Shown: positions 18,802 through 27,433 of the stretch, piece by piece | How positions within the stretch are numbered: position 1 is the stretch's first letter | Layout: the number at the start of each line of letters is the position of its first letter | Origin: Candidatus Gastranaerophilales bacterium | GTDB taxonomy: Bacteria > Cyanobacteriota > Vampirovibrionia > Gastranaerophilales > JAILCC01 | Reading direction: 5' to 3' | DNA: 64,000 bases | NCBI GenBank assembly: GCA_045598245.1 | Contig: JAZLLQ010000029.1 | Location: 50,128-114,127, forward strand | Made by a program: the position numbers and the translations under genes | Notes under the pieces: model-generated | Seen by the model: the letters and a program-made list of their open reading frames with translations, nothing else | Told to the model about the DNA's origin: nothing | Databases searched by the model: none

Positions 18802-19524
18802 ATGATAGAAGTTAAAAATATTTATAAAAAATTTGATGATAAAGAAGTTTTAAATGATATTTCATTCAAGGTAGAAAAGGGTGAAACGCTTGCTGTTGTT
18901 GGGGTAAGTGGTTCAGGCAAAAGTACGATTTTAAAAATTATTTGCGGGCTTTTGAAACCTGATGAAGGTGAAGTTATCTTGGGAGATAAAAACCTTGCAA
19001 TGTTATTTCAATATTCTGCTCTTTTTGACAGTTTGAATATTGCGGATAATATCTCTTTTGCTTTAGATGAAAACGAAGATTTTAAAGGTAAATATACAAA
19101 AGAAGAAATCAAAGATATTGTAAAAGAAAAACTGAGTCTTGTAGGCTTGACTGGTATTGAAAATAATTATCCTAATGAGCTTTCAGGCGGTATGCAAAAG
19201 CGTGTGAGTTTTGCAAGAGGAATAGTCACAGATCCTAAAATTATCTTATATGATGAACCTACTGCAGGGTTAGACCCGATTTCTTCTACCGTAATTGAAG
19301 ATTATATGCAAATTTTGAAGAAAGAATTACAAGCTGCATCTATTGTTGTAACACACCAAATGTCAACAATAACGAGAACGGCAGACAAGGTTATAATGTT
19401 GTATAATTCAAAAATAGTTTGGCAAGGCACACCTGATGAGATGTTAAATTGCGATAACGAATATACAAAACAATTTGTACAAGCACTAAAAACAGGTCCC
19501 ATGAGGACTTCAGCAGGAATTTAA
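18802..19524 (+). CDS. mlaF: MlaF/TGD3-family ABC ATPase
   Basis: Walker A GVSGSGKST, LSGGMQKRVSFARG, Walker B ILYDEPTAGLDP. Confidence 0.88.
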   Translation: MIEVKNIYKKFDDKEVLNDISFKVEKGETLAVVGVSGSGKSTILKIICGLLKPDEGEVILGDKNLAMLFQYSALFDSLNIADNISFALDENEDFKGKYTKEEIKDIVKEKLSLVGLTGIENNYPNELSGGMQKRVSFARGIVTDPKIILYDEPTAGLDPISSTVIEDYMQILKKELQAASIVVTHQMSTITRTADKVIMLYNSKIVWQGTPDEMLNCDNEYTKQFVQALKTGPMRTSAGI

Positions 19525-19543
19525 TTATTAGAAGGATATAAAA

Positions 19544-20920
19544 ATGAGAATATCACCGGCATTAAAAGTAGGAATTTTGACAATGATATCAGTAACGATA
19601 TTGGTCTTTTCCGTTTTGTGGTTAAAAGGTAGAGCAATTAGTTCAGGAAATCGTATAGAAGTTATTTTTCATGATGTTGACGGCATGAGAGCAGGCTCGG
19701 GAGTCCAAATTATGGGTCTGCGAGTGGGTCAGATAGAAGAAATTTCACCTTTTATTACCAACGATGTCAGTTACGTAAACGTAAAATTTGTAATAACAGA
19801 ACCCGGAATAGAAGTTCCTGTCGGTTCAACAATTTCTATTCAACAATCAGGTATTATCGGTGAAAAATTTATTGAAATTACTCCGCCTCAAACAAATTAT
19901 GTTTATTTGCCGATGAAAACAGAAGAAACTCCTGTAAATTTGCAAAAGGGTGATAATGTTCAATTATTTACATTTAATGATACTCTTGCTGATTTTACAC
20001 AGATAGGTGAAGTTAAAAGTGTCGATGTAATTGATAAATCAGCACTTCCTATCGAATTAAGAGAGCAATTTGATGTTCCATACGTTGCTAAAATCGGTTT
20101 TGCTCTGACAGTTTCGAATTTAGAGTTACCTGCACATTTAGAACCTAAAATCGTAACTGTTTCCGGTAAGCAAACTTTGAGATTAAACGATAAAACCATG
20201 AAAGTTTATTATATTGCATCAGATAGTCCTTATACAATTAAAGAACCTGTACGTATAAAAGAATTTTTGGATTTACAATTGCAAGCAGCCAAAGCACTTA
20301 ACGAAACAAACAATAAAATTAACGCTGTCTTGAGTGACGATGTTATTTTGGATATAAAAGATGCTTTGAGAAACGTAAAAACAATTTCGCTTAAAACGAC
20401 AGAACTTATTGACAAAACAACTATTTTGGTTGAAGGTTCCAAAAATGATATTGATGCACTGTTAAAAATGGCTAATCAATTATCCGAAGAACTTGCATTA
20501 CTTGCTAATAACGTAAATACAATTGCAGGTGACCCTGAATTTCAAAAATCCGTTGTTTCTATGACAAAATCACTTGATGAATCGTCAAAACAAATTTCAG
20601 CAATTTTGAGTGATCAAAAAACTTTGGAAACATTGGGTTATCTAAATGAAACAATGAAAAATGTTTCTGAAATTTCTACCTCTGTAAACGAATTAACTAA
20701 AGATGGTGATATTAAAACAAAAGTTGGGCAAACTGTTGATAATGTAAATCATTCAATGACGGTTTTGTCTAACTTGCTTGATAAAGTCGACAAAATGTCA
20801 CCGGAAGAAGCTGCTAAGTTTTCAAGTATTCTTAGTGATACTGCGGAAACATCAAAGAATTTAAAAAAATTCTCAGAAAAATTAAACAAGAGATTTTTAC
20901 TGTTCAGGTTGATGTTCTAA
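19544..20920 (+). CDS. mlaD: MCE-domain protein (MlaD/TGD2-like) with ~300-aa helical C-terminal extension
   Basis: N-terminal TM anchor and one MCE domain (aa ~35-120), then long heptad-like, Ser/Lys/Glu/Leu-rich sequence. Confidence 0.8.
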   Translation: MRISPALKVGILTMISVTILVFSVLWLKGRAISSGNRIEVIFHDVDGMRAGSGVQIMGLRVGQIEEISPFITNDVSYVNVKFVITEPGIEVPVGSTISIQQSGIIGEKFIEITPPQTNYVYLPMKTEETPVNLQKGDNVQLFTFNDTLADFTQIGEVKSVDVIDKSALPIELREQFDVPYVAKIGFALTVSNLELPAHLEPKIVTVSGKQTLRLNDKTMKVYYIASDSPYTIKEPVRIKEFLDLQLQAAKALNETNNKINAVLSDDVILDIKDALRNVKTISLKTTELIDKTTILVEGSKNDIDALLKMANQLSEELALLANNVNTIAGDPEFQKSVVSMTKSLDESSKQISAILSDQKTLETLGYLNETMKNVSEISTSVNELTKDGDIKTKVGQTVDNVNHSMTVLSNLLDKVDKMSPEEAAKFSSILSDTAETSKNLKKFSEKLNKRFLLFRLMF

Positions 20921-20923
20921 GTT

Positions 20924-22012
20924 ATGAAAAATTTTGTAGCACATATACACTACGCAAAGTATTTAATGCCTGAGGAAAGGCTTGCTTATATTGGTTTAGG
21001 TTTGCTTACACCATTTTATACGCTTGGTGCAAAACTAAAATTGTTAATGTATAAACATGGCATTAAAAAAGCAGAAAAAGTTAATGCTTTTGTGATTTCT
21101 ATCGGAAACATTACAACCGGCGGAACTGGGAAAACTCCTGTGTGTGTGGCTATTGCGAATTATCTTTCAGAAACTTTAAATAAAAGAACTGCAATTTTGA
21201 GCAGAGGGTACGGCGGAAAACTCTCTAATACACACGTTAATACGATTAGCGATGGTGAAAATATATTTTTTAGCGCACATATGAGCGGAGATGAACCTTA
21301 TTGGTTGGCTTATAATTCACAAAAAACCGTAGTTTTAACCTGTAAAAACAGATTTGATGCAGCCAAAACTGCAATAAAAGATTATCAGGCAGAAGTTCTT
21401 ATTCTTGATGACGGCTTTCAGCATATAAAATTACACAGGGATTTTAATTTAATGCTTATTGATGGTAATTTGAAATTTGGAAACGGAAAACTTTTGCCTC
21501 AGGGACCATTGAGAGAACCTTTAAGTGAAATTTCAAGAGCAGATTGTATATTGATTATGAATAAGCGTGCTTTGGATACTAATGCTAAAGAAAATTGTGA
21601 AAAATTTGCCAAAGAAATTGAAGAAAAGTATTCAATAAAAACAATAGTTTGTAATTTTGCGCCCAAAGGTGTTTTTTCACTTCAAGGCTCCGAAGAATTA
21701 ATTAATACTGAAAAGGTTTATGCTTTTGCCGGTATAGGACAGCCAAAATTTTTCTTTGAGTATTTAAAAAATCAGGGACATGAAGTTTTGAAAAAACGCA
21801 TATTTGAGGATCATCATCTTTATACAAAAGATGATATAAAAAATATTTTAATTGAAGCGAAAAATCTTGGTGCAACTGCTATTATTACAACAGAAAAAGA
21901 CGCTGTTAAAATAAAAGCTCTGCTTGATAAAAATTCAGAGATAAAGTTTTATGCACTGAAATTAGGCATAGATTTGAATGTAAGAGAACTTTTGTCAGGT
22001 TATTATAATTAA
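20924..22012 (+). CDS. lpxK: tetraacyldisaccharide 4'-kinase (lipid A biosynthesis)
   Basis: P-loop GNITTGGTGKTP, ILSRGYGG and ILDDGFQH motifs. Confidence 0.9.
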   Translation: MKNFVAHIHYAKYLMPEERLAYIGLGLLTPFYTLGAKLKLLMYKHGIKKAEKVNAFVISIGNITTGGTGKTPVCVAIANYLSETLNKRTAILSRGYGGKLSNTHVNTISDGENIFFSAHMSGDEPYWLAYNSQKTVVLTCKNRFDAAKTAIKDYQAEVLILDDGFQHIKLHRDFNLMLIDGNLKFGNGKLLPQGPLREPLSEISRADCILIMNKRALDTNAKENCEKFAKEIEEKYSIKTIVCNFAPKGVFSLQGSEELINTEKVYAFAGIGQPKFFFEYLKNQGHEVLKKRIFEDHHLYTKDDIKNILIEAKNLGATAIITTEKDAVKIKALLDKNSEIKFYALKLGIDLNVRELLSGYYN

Positions 22013-22052
22013 ATACTATTTTCAACCTAAAATGACACAAAAGAAAAGAAAA

Positions 22053-23087
22053 TTATTCTTCTTTATTTTCCTCTTTATTTGCTTGTTTTCTGTATTCTTC
22101 CGGAGCATCTTCTCTTTCTTGGTTCCAACGATCTAAGCCCATTTGCTTCCTAATTAAGCCTATACCTACGTGAACACGCCATTCGTCCATTTTCAGTTGT
22201 GCCGCAAGAATTTTGTGACATCCAATAGGTGGGAGTGGAAGCATTGGCTCATACAAACTCTTAATCGCCAATAATTGCTCAGGAGAAATTGCCAATTTTC
22301 TTTTCGGGAAAGGAAGTTTTGGTAAGTGCAATTTCTGTCTGACCAAATTGATGCCGAAAAATACTTTATTTGCTTCTAACCCAATTTCTGCACCGATTAC
22401 TTCGTGAGCATCAGGGTTGGGAAGTGGAAGCATTCTCTTATATAAAACTTCTATCATTGCAACTTGTTCTTTTGAAACAAGCAAAGCCTTTTTAGCAGGT
22501 TTTTTGAACCCGCCTCTGCCACCACCGGGTCTGCGGAAACCGCCACCTTGACCACCTCTGTTAAAGCCACCACCTCTGTCGTTACGATAACCGCCCTGAC
22601 GATGTCCGCCATCTCTGTTGTAACCGCCTTGACGATTGTAGCCGCCGCCGTCACGATTATATCCGCCATCTCTGTTGTAACCGCCCTGACGATTGTAGCC
22701 ACCGCCGTCACGATTATATCCGCCATCTCTGTTATAACCGCCCTGACGATTGTAAGCACCGCCGTCACGATTATATCCGCCATCTCTGTTATAACCGCCT
22801 TGGCGATTATTGTAGCCTCCACGGTCGTTGCGATAACCGCCCTGACCACCTCCGTTGTAACTGCGTTGAGGTCTGTCATCACCGCCAAATGAGTATGATG
22901 TTTTTGGTGTTTCATTTTCTTGACTTTGATTTTCTTGTCTTGGTTGTTCTTCTTTATTTTGACCTTGTTCATTATCTTGTTGTAATAAAGGGTTTCTATC
23001 AGGATATAAACATTCAGGACAAATTACTCTCTTCGGGTTTTTAGTTTCAAACTCCTTGCCACACTTAGAACACTTGTTAATATACAT
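22053..23087 (-). CDS. zinc-ribbon protein with a ~150-aa RGG/GGYNRD repeat region and two tandem ~60-aa HTH-like C-terminal repeats
   Basis: N-terminal CSKCG...CPEC, then (GGYNRD GGYNRD GG[AG]YNRQ)n, then duplicated modules EQ..I..LY..MLPLP...H.....L.......GI.L.R. Confidence 0.8.
   Translation of the reverse strand: MYINKCSKCGKEFETKNPKRVICPECLYPDRNPLLQQDNEQGQNKEEQPRQENQSQENETPKTSYSFGGDDRPQRSYNGGGQGGYRNDRGGYNNRQGGYNRDGGYNRDGGAYNRQGGYNRDGGYNRDGGGYNRQGGYNRDGGYNRDGGGYNRQGGYNRDGGHRQGGYRNDRGGGFNRGGQGGGFRRPGGGRGGFKKPAKKALLVSKEQVAMIEVLYKRMLPLPNPDAHEVIGAEIGLEANKVFFGINLVRQKLHLPKLPFPKRKLAISPEQLLAIKSLYEPMLPLPPIGCHKILAAQLKMDEWRVHVGIGLIRKQMGLDRWNQEREDAPEEYRKQANKEENKEE
22605..22810. repeat. 57-bp tandem repeat (~3.6 copies, with an 18-bp sub-repeat) inside the CDS
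   Basis: The TCCGCCATCTCTGTT unit recurs at 22605, 22662, 22719 and 22776 with only a few substitutions. It encodes the 19-aa GGYNRD-type repeat. Confidence 0.9.
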
Positions 23088-23151
23088 TTCAAAATTACCT
23101 TATAAAAATATCTTCTCGTAAATAAAATTTCTCAGGATACCTGCTGTTATT

Positions 23152-23180
23152 ATTGTAATGTTTTTTTACAAAATAAGCAA
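23152..23180 (-). promoter_or_regulatory. sigma70 promoter of the zinc-ribbon/RGG gene
   Basis: On the minus strand: TTGCTT (23180-23175), 17-nt spacer, TACAAT (23157-23152). Confidence 0.45.
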
Positions 23181-23189
23181 GAAAAATTT

Positions 23190-23894
23190 TTATAACAGAT
23201 TTAAAAATTTGTGTACTTGTGGAATAAGCCTTATATTGCAATAATTTGAAGCAGCGAAATCAAATAGTTTTAAAAGCTCTTCTTTGTTAAGTTCGTTGGC
23301 TTTTTCTTTACAATCCATCGGTTGTATAATCAGAGGTACATCATATTCTTTTAAAAATTTTATTGCAAATAAAAGTTCCTCTTTTGAATAATTTTTATCA
23401 AGAATTATTTTGGAAAATACTTCTTTATTTGCATCTTTTGATATTTTAATAAATTTTATATTTTTTTCAAATTGATTTTCCTGTTTTGTAGAACAGTAAA
23501 GTTTTATATCCATGGAAACAACATCTACGAAATTAATAATTTGCAAAAGTTTTTCAGGCAAAGTTCCGTTGGTTTCAAGATAAATTTTCTTGTTTGTTAA
23601 AGGTAAAAATTCTTCAAGAAAATCACTATATAAAAGAGGTTCACCGCCTGTTAAACTAATCATTTCAGCATTTGAAAAAGATATAATATTCTTTAATTCA
23701 TCCGGTTTAATCGGGTTATTATAAGATTTATTCAAATTATGAACAAAAAATGTTTCATTTTTTTGAAAATCAGTATCACAGTATGCACAATTTAAATTAC
23801 AACCACAAAACCTTATAAACAACTGTTTCTGTCCGATATAAAATCCTTCCCCTTGTATTGAATCAAAAATTTCTTTTATAATTGCAGTTTTCAT
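23190..23894 (-). CDS. queE: 7-carboxy-7-deazaguanine synthase (radical SAM)
   Basis: EIFDSIQGEG...FIRFCGCNLNCAYCDT is the QueE signature. Likely start is MKTAII at 23894, directly after the DnaJ-like stop; the track start at 23945 overlaps that gene. Confidence 0.8.
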   Translation of the reverse strand: MKTAIIKEIFDSIQGEGFYIGQKQLFIRFCGCNLNCAYCDTDFQKNETFFVHNLNKSYNNPIKPDELKNIISFSNAEMISLTGGEPLLYSDFLEEFLPLTNKKIYLETNGTLPEKLLQIINFVDVVSMDIKLYCSTKQENQFEKNIKFIKISKDANKEVFSKIILDKNYSKEELLFAIKFLKEYDVPLIIQPMDCKEKANELNKEELLKLFDFAASNYCNIRLIPQVHKFLNLL

Positions 23895-23895
23895 T

Positions 23896-24963
23896 TCAGC
23901 CTTCTTTTCTCGGATTAAAATCTCGTAGTTTTGCCAGTTTTTCATATAATTCTTTTTCTTGTTGAGAAAGATTTTTGGGCATTTTTATGTATACGGTAAC
24001 AATGTGATCGCCTTGTTTGTTACCATTTTTATCGAAAACACCCTGAGCATGCAGTCTGAATTTTTGTCCTGATGATGTTTCAGGAGGTATTCTCATATTA
24101 ATATGACCATCAATTGACGGAATGAGAATATTTGTTCCCAAAGCTGCTTCTGAAGGTGAAATCGGAACATCACTCAAAACATTCAACTCTTCAAAACGGA
24201 AAAGGTCACTTTTTTCTATATTGATTTTTAGGTATAAATCCCCGTTTGCTCCACCAAATTGTCCTATATTTCCTTCATTTTTGAGCATAATTTTTTCGCC
24301 TTGTTTAATTTGAGGCGGAATTTTTACCAAAATAGTTTTTTGTGTGGAAATTTCACCGTTGCCATCACATTTTTGGCATTTTGCACCGTTTATAAACTTT
24401 TTACCTTTGCATAGAGGACAACATTCTGTATGTAAAACATTAACACGTCTTACTGTTCCGTTTTGAGATTCAGGTATTGAAATAGTTAAATCTATATTGA
24501 TATCATTTCCCTTAATCGGCTTTTTTTGAGTATCCTGTTTAGGTGAAAATACATCGTTTACAAACTTTGAAAATGTTTCTGCAAAAGGTTTTTCCTGAGA
24601 AGTTTGCTTTTTTTGTTCCGGCTGTTTCTTTGGTTCTTCTTTCTTTTGTCTTGGAGGCGGCGCTGATTGTTTATTATAGGCCTGTTTTGCCTGATTTGCC
24701 TGACTATAATTCTGTTTCGGTTTTTCAGGTTGATTATAATTATTGGCTTTATCATAATCTTTTCTTTTTTTATCGTCAGAAAGAATATCATAAGCCTCTT
24801 TTACTTCTTTAAATCTCTTTTCGCTTGCCTTATTACCCTTGTTTGTATCAGGATGATATTTTTTAGCCAAAGTTCTGTATGCATCCTTAATTGTATCTTT
24901 GTCAGCAGACGGTTGGATACCGAGAATTGCATATAAATTTTTATTCGTAAAATTTGAACTCAT
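23896..24963 (-). CDS. DnaJ/CbpA-like J-domain co-chaperone with atypical linker and a single zinc centre
   Basis: J domain with HPD (YAILGI...KKYHPD), a K/Q/P-rich linker instead of a G/F region, only two CxxCxGxG motifs, and DnaJ C-terminal domains. Confidence 0.85.
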   Translation of the reverse strand: MSSNFTNKNLYAILGIQPSADKDTIKDAYRTLAKKYHPDTNKGNKASEKRFKEVKEAYDILSDDKKRKDYDKANNYNQPEKPKQNYSQANQAKQAYNKQSAPPPRQKKEEPKKQPEQKKQTSQEKPFAETFSKFVNDVFSPKQDTQKKPIKGNDINIDLTISIPESQNGTVRRVNVLHTECCPLCKGKKFINGAKCQKCDGNGEISTQKTILVKIPPQIKQGEKIMLKNEGNIGQFGGANGDLYLKINIEKSDLFRFEELNVLSDVPISPSEAALGTNILIPSIDGHINMRIPPETSSGQKFRLHAQGVFDKNGNKQGDHIVTVYIKMPKNLSQQEKELYEKLAKLRDFNPRKEG

Positions 24964-25859
24964 TAGTTATCTTTCTGTTTGGAATTTTTCTTGCAAAAAG
25001 CTATTCTTTTCTTTGATTGAGAAGTATATTGACCGTCTAATTTCATTGCTATTTGATAATTTGTAATTGCATCACTATATAATTCTTTTGCTTCAAGGGC
25101 TTGTGCAAGGTGAAAATATATTTCGCCGACTGTATTTTTAATTTTTAAAGCTATTTTATAATTTTCAATTGCTTTATCATAATCCTTTAATCCGGCATAG
25201 ACAAAGCCTAAACTGTCATATGCAGGGAAACTTTTTGTATCAAGCTCAACGGCTTTTTTACAATGAGGTAAGGCTTCTTCAAATTTGTTTTCCAAAGCTA
25301 ATGCGTAGCACAGATTATTATATGCAGGAGCAAGTTCATTGTTTAACTGAGTGGCTTTTTCAAAGTATTCTATCGAAGTCGGATTATCGTTCATTTCGGA
25401 ATAAACTATACCTGTATCATAATAAATTTCAGCGTCATAAGGTGAAAATTCCGTTGCTTTGTTTAATAATTTTAAAGCTTCTTTTTTATGCCCTCTTTTA
25501 GAAAGAAACATTGCATAGTTATAATAAATTTTGCCATCAACAGGTTCCTGCTTAATTGCGTTTTTATAATGTTTGCTTGCTTCTTTGTTATCGTCTATAC
25601 CATCATAAATTAATGCTGCATGATAATTTGCATAAACATCATTCGGATCATATCTGAGAATTTGATTATATTGTTCCAGTGCTTTAAAAATATTACCGTG
25701 AGCAACATAAGATAAAGCTATTGTGTGTCCGACTTTTGAATAATGTTTGTCTATTTTTTCGTTGCACAAAAACGGAAACGCCATTGATGACGATGAAATC
25801 AGAAAAATTGATAATGTTGTAATTAAACTCTTTTTAATCATATTGTTATTATATGACAA
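24963..25859 (-). CDS. secreted TPR-repeat protein
   Basis: N-terminal signal-like segment and ~7 TPR units (A..YY..G/A...Y..A patterns). The track start at 25859 is TTG; the alternative ATG at 25841 (MIKKSL) is equally plausible. Its stop overlaps the DnaJ-like start (TAATG). Confidence 0.8.
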   Translation of the reverse strand: MSYNNNMIKKSLITTLSIFLISSSSMAFPFLCNEKIDKHYSKVGHTIALSYVAHGNIFKALEQYNQILRYDPNDVYANYHAALIYDGIDDNKEASKHYKNAIKQEPVDGKIYYNYAMFLSKRGHKKEALKLLNKATEFSPYDAEIYYDTGIVYSEMNDNPTSIEYFEKATQLNNELAPAYNNLCYALALENKFEEALPHCKKAVELDTKSFPAYDSLGFVYAGLKDYDKAIENYKIALKIKNTVGEIYFHLAQALEAKELYSDAITNYQIAMKLDGQYTSQSKKRIAFCKKNSKQKDN

Positions 25860-25884
25860 TTAATTTGAAAAATAAAGGAAATGT

Positions 25885-26094
25885 TCATATTAATAAGTCA
25901 GAAGCATCTACTCCCAAATAATTCGCTATTTTTTCAATTCTGTCCAAAGTAATGTTTACTTTTCCTTTTTCGACTTTGCTTATGTATGAATTATCAAATC
26001 CCAAAGCAAGAGATAATTCTTCTCTTTTTATTTTTTGCTCTGTTCTTATATTTTTTAAATTTGCTGCTAATATTTTTCTTAAATCTTGACTCAT
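25885..26094 (-). CDS. XRE-family helix-turn-helix transcriptional regulator
   Basis: LKNIRTEQKIKREELSLALGFDNSYISKVEKGKVNITLDRIEKIANYLGV is a classic Cro/C1 HTH. Start probably at 26094 (MSQDL); the track start is 26139. Confidence 0.85.
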   Translation of the reverse strand: MSQDLRKILAANLKNIRTEQKIKREELSLALGFDNSYISKVEKGKVNITLDRIEKIANYLGVDASDLLI

Positions 26095-26282
26095 ATTCCA
26101 ATTATGGTGTATGATTTTTATAAATAAAAGGAATGACATTCCATTTTAAGGGGTAATATTTTCTATTACCTCTTTCCCCGTGAATTTATTTAAAGAAATT
26201 AATATTATTAGAATTATTAATTGTATATTTTATTGTTATTGTGTAATAATAAATAGTGTAAGGTTTTTTAAGGAGAATAATA

Positions 26283-26483
26283 ATGAGTGCTATCACAAAG
26301 GATATGGGTATATTAGATGTAGTTCAACAGTATCCTGAAACAATAGAAGTTTTTGGTCAATTAGGTTTTGGATGTTTAGGATGTGCTGCTGCAAGATTTG
26401 AAAACCTTGAAGCAGGTGCAAAAGTTCATGGTTTTGATCCCGATGAATTAGTTGCTCAATTAAATGCTGTTATTGAACAATAA
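26283..26483 (+). CDS. DUF1858-type small redox-disulfide protein (hybrid-cluster-protein-associated family)
   Basis: 66 aa with ILDVVQQYPETIEVFGQLGFGCLGCAAARFENLEAGAKVHG, matching the DUF1858 pattern as I recall it. RBS AAGGAG. Its stop overlaps the rsmH start (TAATG). Confidence 0.7.
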   Translation: MSAITKDMGILDVVQQYPETIEVFGQLGFGCLGCAAARFENLEAGAKVHGFDPDELVAQLNAVIEQ

Positions 26484-27403
26484 TGAGCGAAGAATTTAAG
26501 CATTATACAGTTTTAAAAAATGAGGCCGTAGAAGGTTTGTTACCAAGAAACGGTCTTATTTATCTTGACGGAACATTAGGTGGTGGCGGTCATAGTGAAC
26601 TTATTGCACAAAAAATTTCACCGAATGGCAGATTGATTTCATTTGATATTGATGATGTTGCTATAGATTTTGCCAAAAAGAGATTGGAAAAATATAATAA
26701 TGTTACAATTGTAAAGCAAGGATATCAAAATTTTGATATGGTTTTAAATTCAATGGAAATTGATAAAATAACAGGCGGTATTCTTTTGGATTTAGGGGCT
26801 TCTTATTATCAACTTACTTCAAAGACAAGGGGTTTCAGTTTTTTGAGTGATGCAAAATTGGATATGCGGTTTGATGAAAATTCTGATTTTTCTGCTGAAG
26901 ATTTGATTAATTCTTATTCGGAAGAAGAACTTGCAAACGTATTTTATTATTATGGCGAAGAACGTTATTCAAGAAGGCTTGCAAGGAATATAACCGAACA
27001 GAGAAAGATTAAGAAAATTGAAACAACTCAAGAATTATGTGAAATTATTAAAAAATCTTTACCTTATAAAAATTCAAGAGTTAACCCTGCAACAAGGATA
27101 TTTCAGGCTATCAGAATAGAAGTTAACGGTGAATTAAAAAATATTGAAAATACTTTAAAAAAAGTCGTGCCATTTTTAGATAAAGGTGCTAGAATAGTTG
27201 TAATAACATTCCATTCTTTGGAAGATAGGATTGTTAAAAGAATATTCAAAGAATATTCTACCGCCAAGAACCTTGCTACCGGCGGATGTGAGGAGAAAAT
27301 CCTGGAGTTGGTTAATCGAAAACCAATTTATCCGAGCGAAGATGAAATAAAGGAAAATCCACCTTCGAGAAGTGCAAAATTAAGAATTGCACAAAAGGTG
27401 TAG
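26483..27403 (+). CDS. rsmH: 16S rRNA (cytosine1402-N4)-methyltransferase
   Basis: HYTVL..E....L......YLDGTLGGGGHS and DLGASYYQL motifs. Head of the dcw block. Confidence 0.92.
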   Translation: MSEEFKHYTVLKNEAVEGLLPRNGLIYLDGTLGGGGHSELIAQKISPNGRLISFDIDDVAIDFAKKRLEKYNNVTIVKQGYQNFDMVLNSMEIDKITGGILLDLGASYYQLTSKTRGFSFLSDAKLDMRFDENSDFSAEDLINSYSEEELANVFYYYGEERYSRRLARNITEQRKIKKIETTQELCEIIKKSLPYKNSRVNPATRIFQAIRIEVNGELKNIENTLKKVVPFLDKGARIVVITFHSLEDRIVKRIFKEYSTAKNLATGGCEEKILELVNRKPIYPSEDEIKENPPSRSAKLRIAQKV

Positions 27404-27433
27404 ACAGTCAAAATCAGGGGAGTTGAGGATTAT

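Noticed and set aside
22454-22972. 172-aa (-) and 114-aa (+, 22548-22892) ORFs overlapping the RGG-repeat region
   Set aside because: These are alternative-frame or antisense readings of the 57-bp tandem repeat. Repeats keep all frames open. The products are monotonous (T/V/A/I-rich), lack start context, and lie entirely within the better-supported 22053-23087 CDS.
26197-26222. AATTAATA-N10-TATTAATT inverted repeat as an XRE operator
   Set aside because: It is kept only as a side note under the operon finding. It is composed solely of A/T in an AT-rich spacer, so chance occurrence is likely without conservation data.
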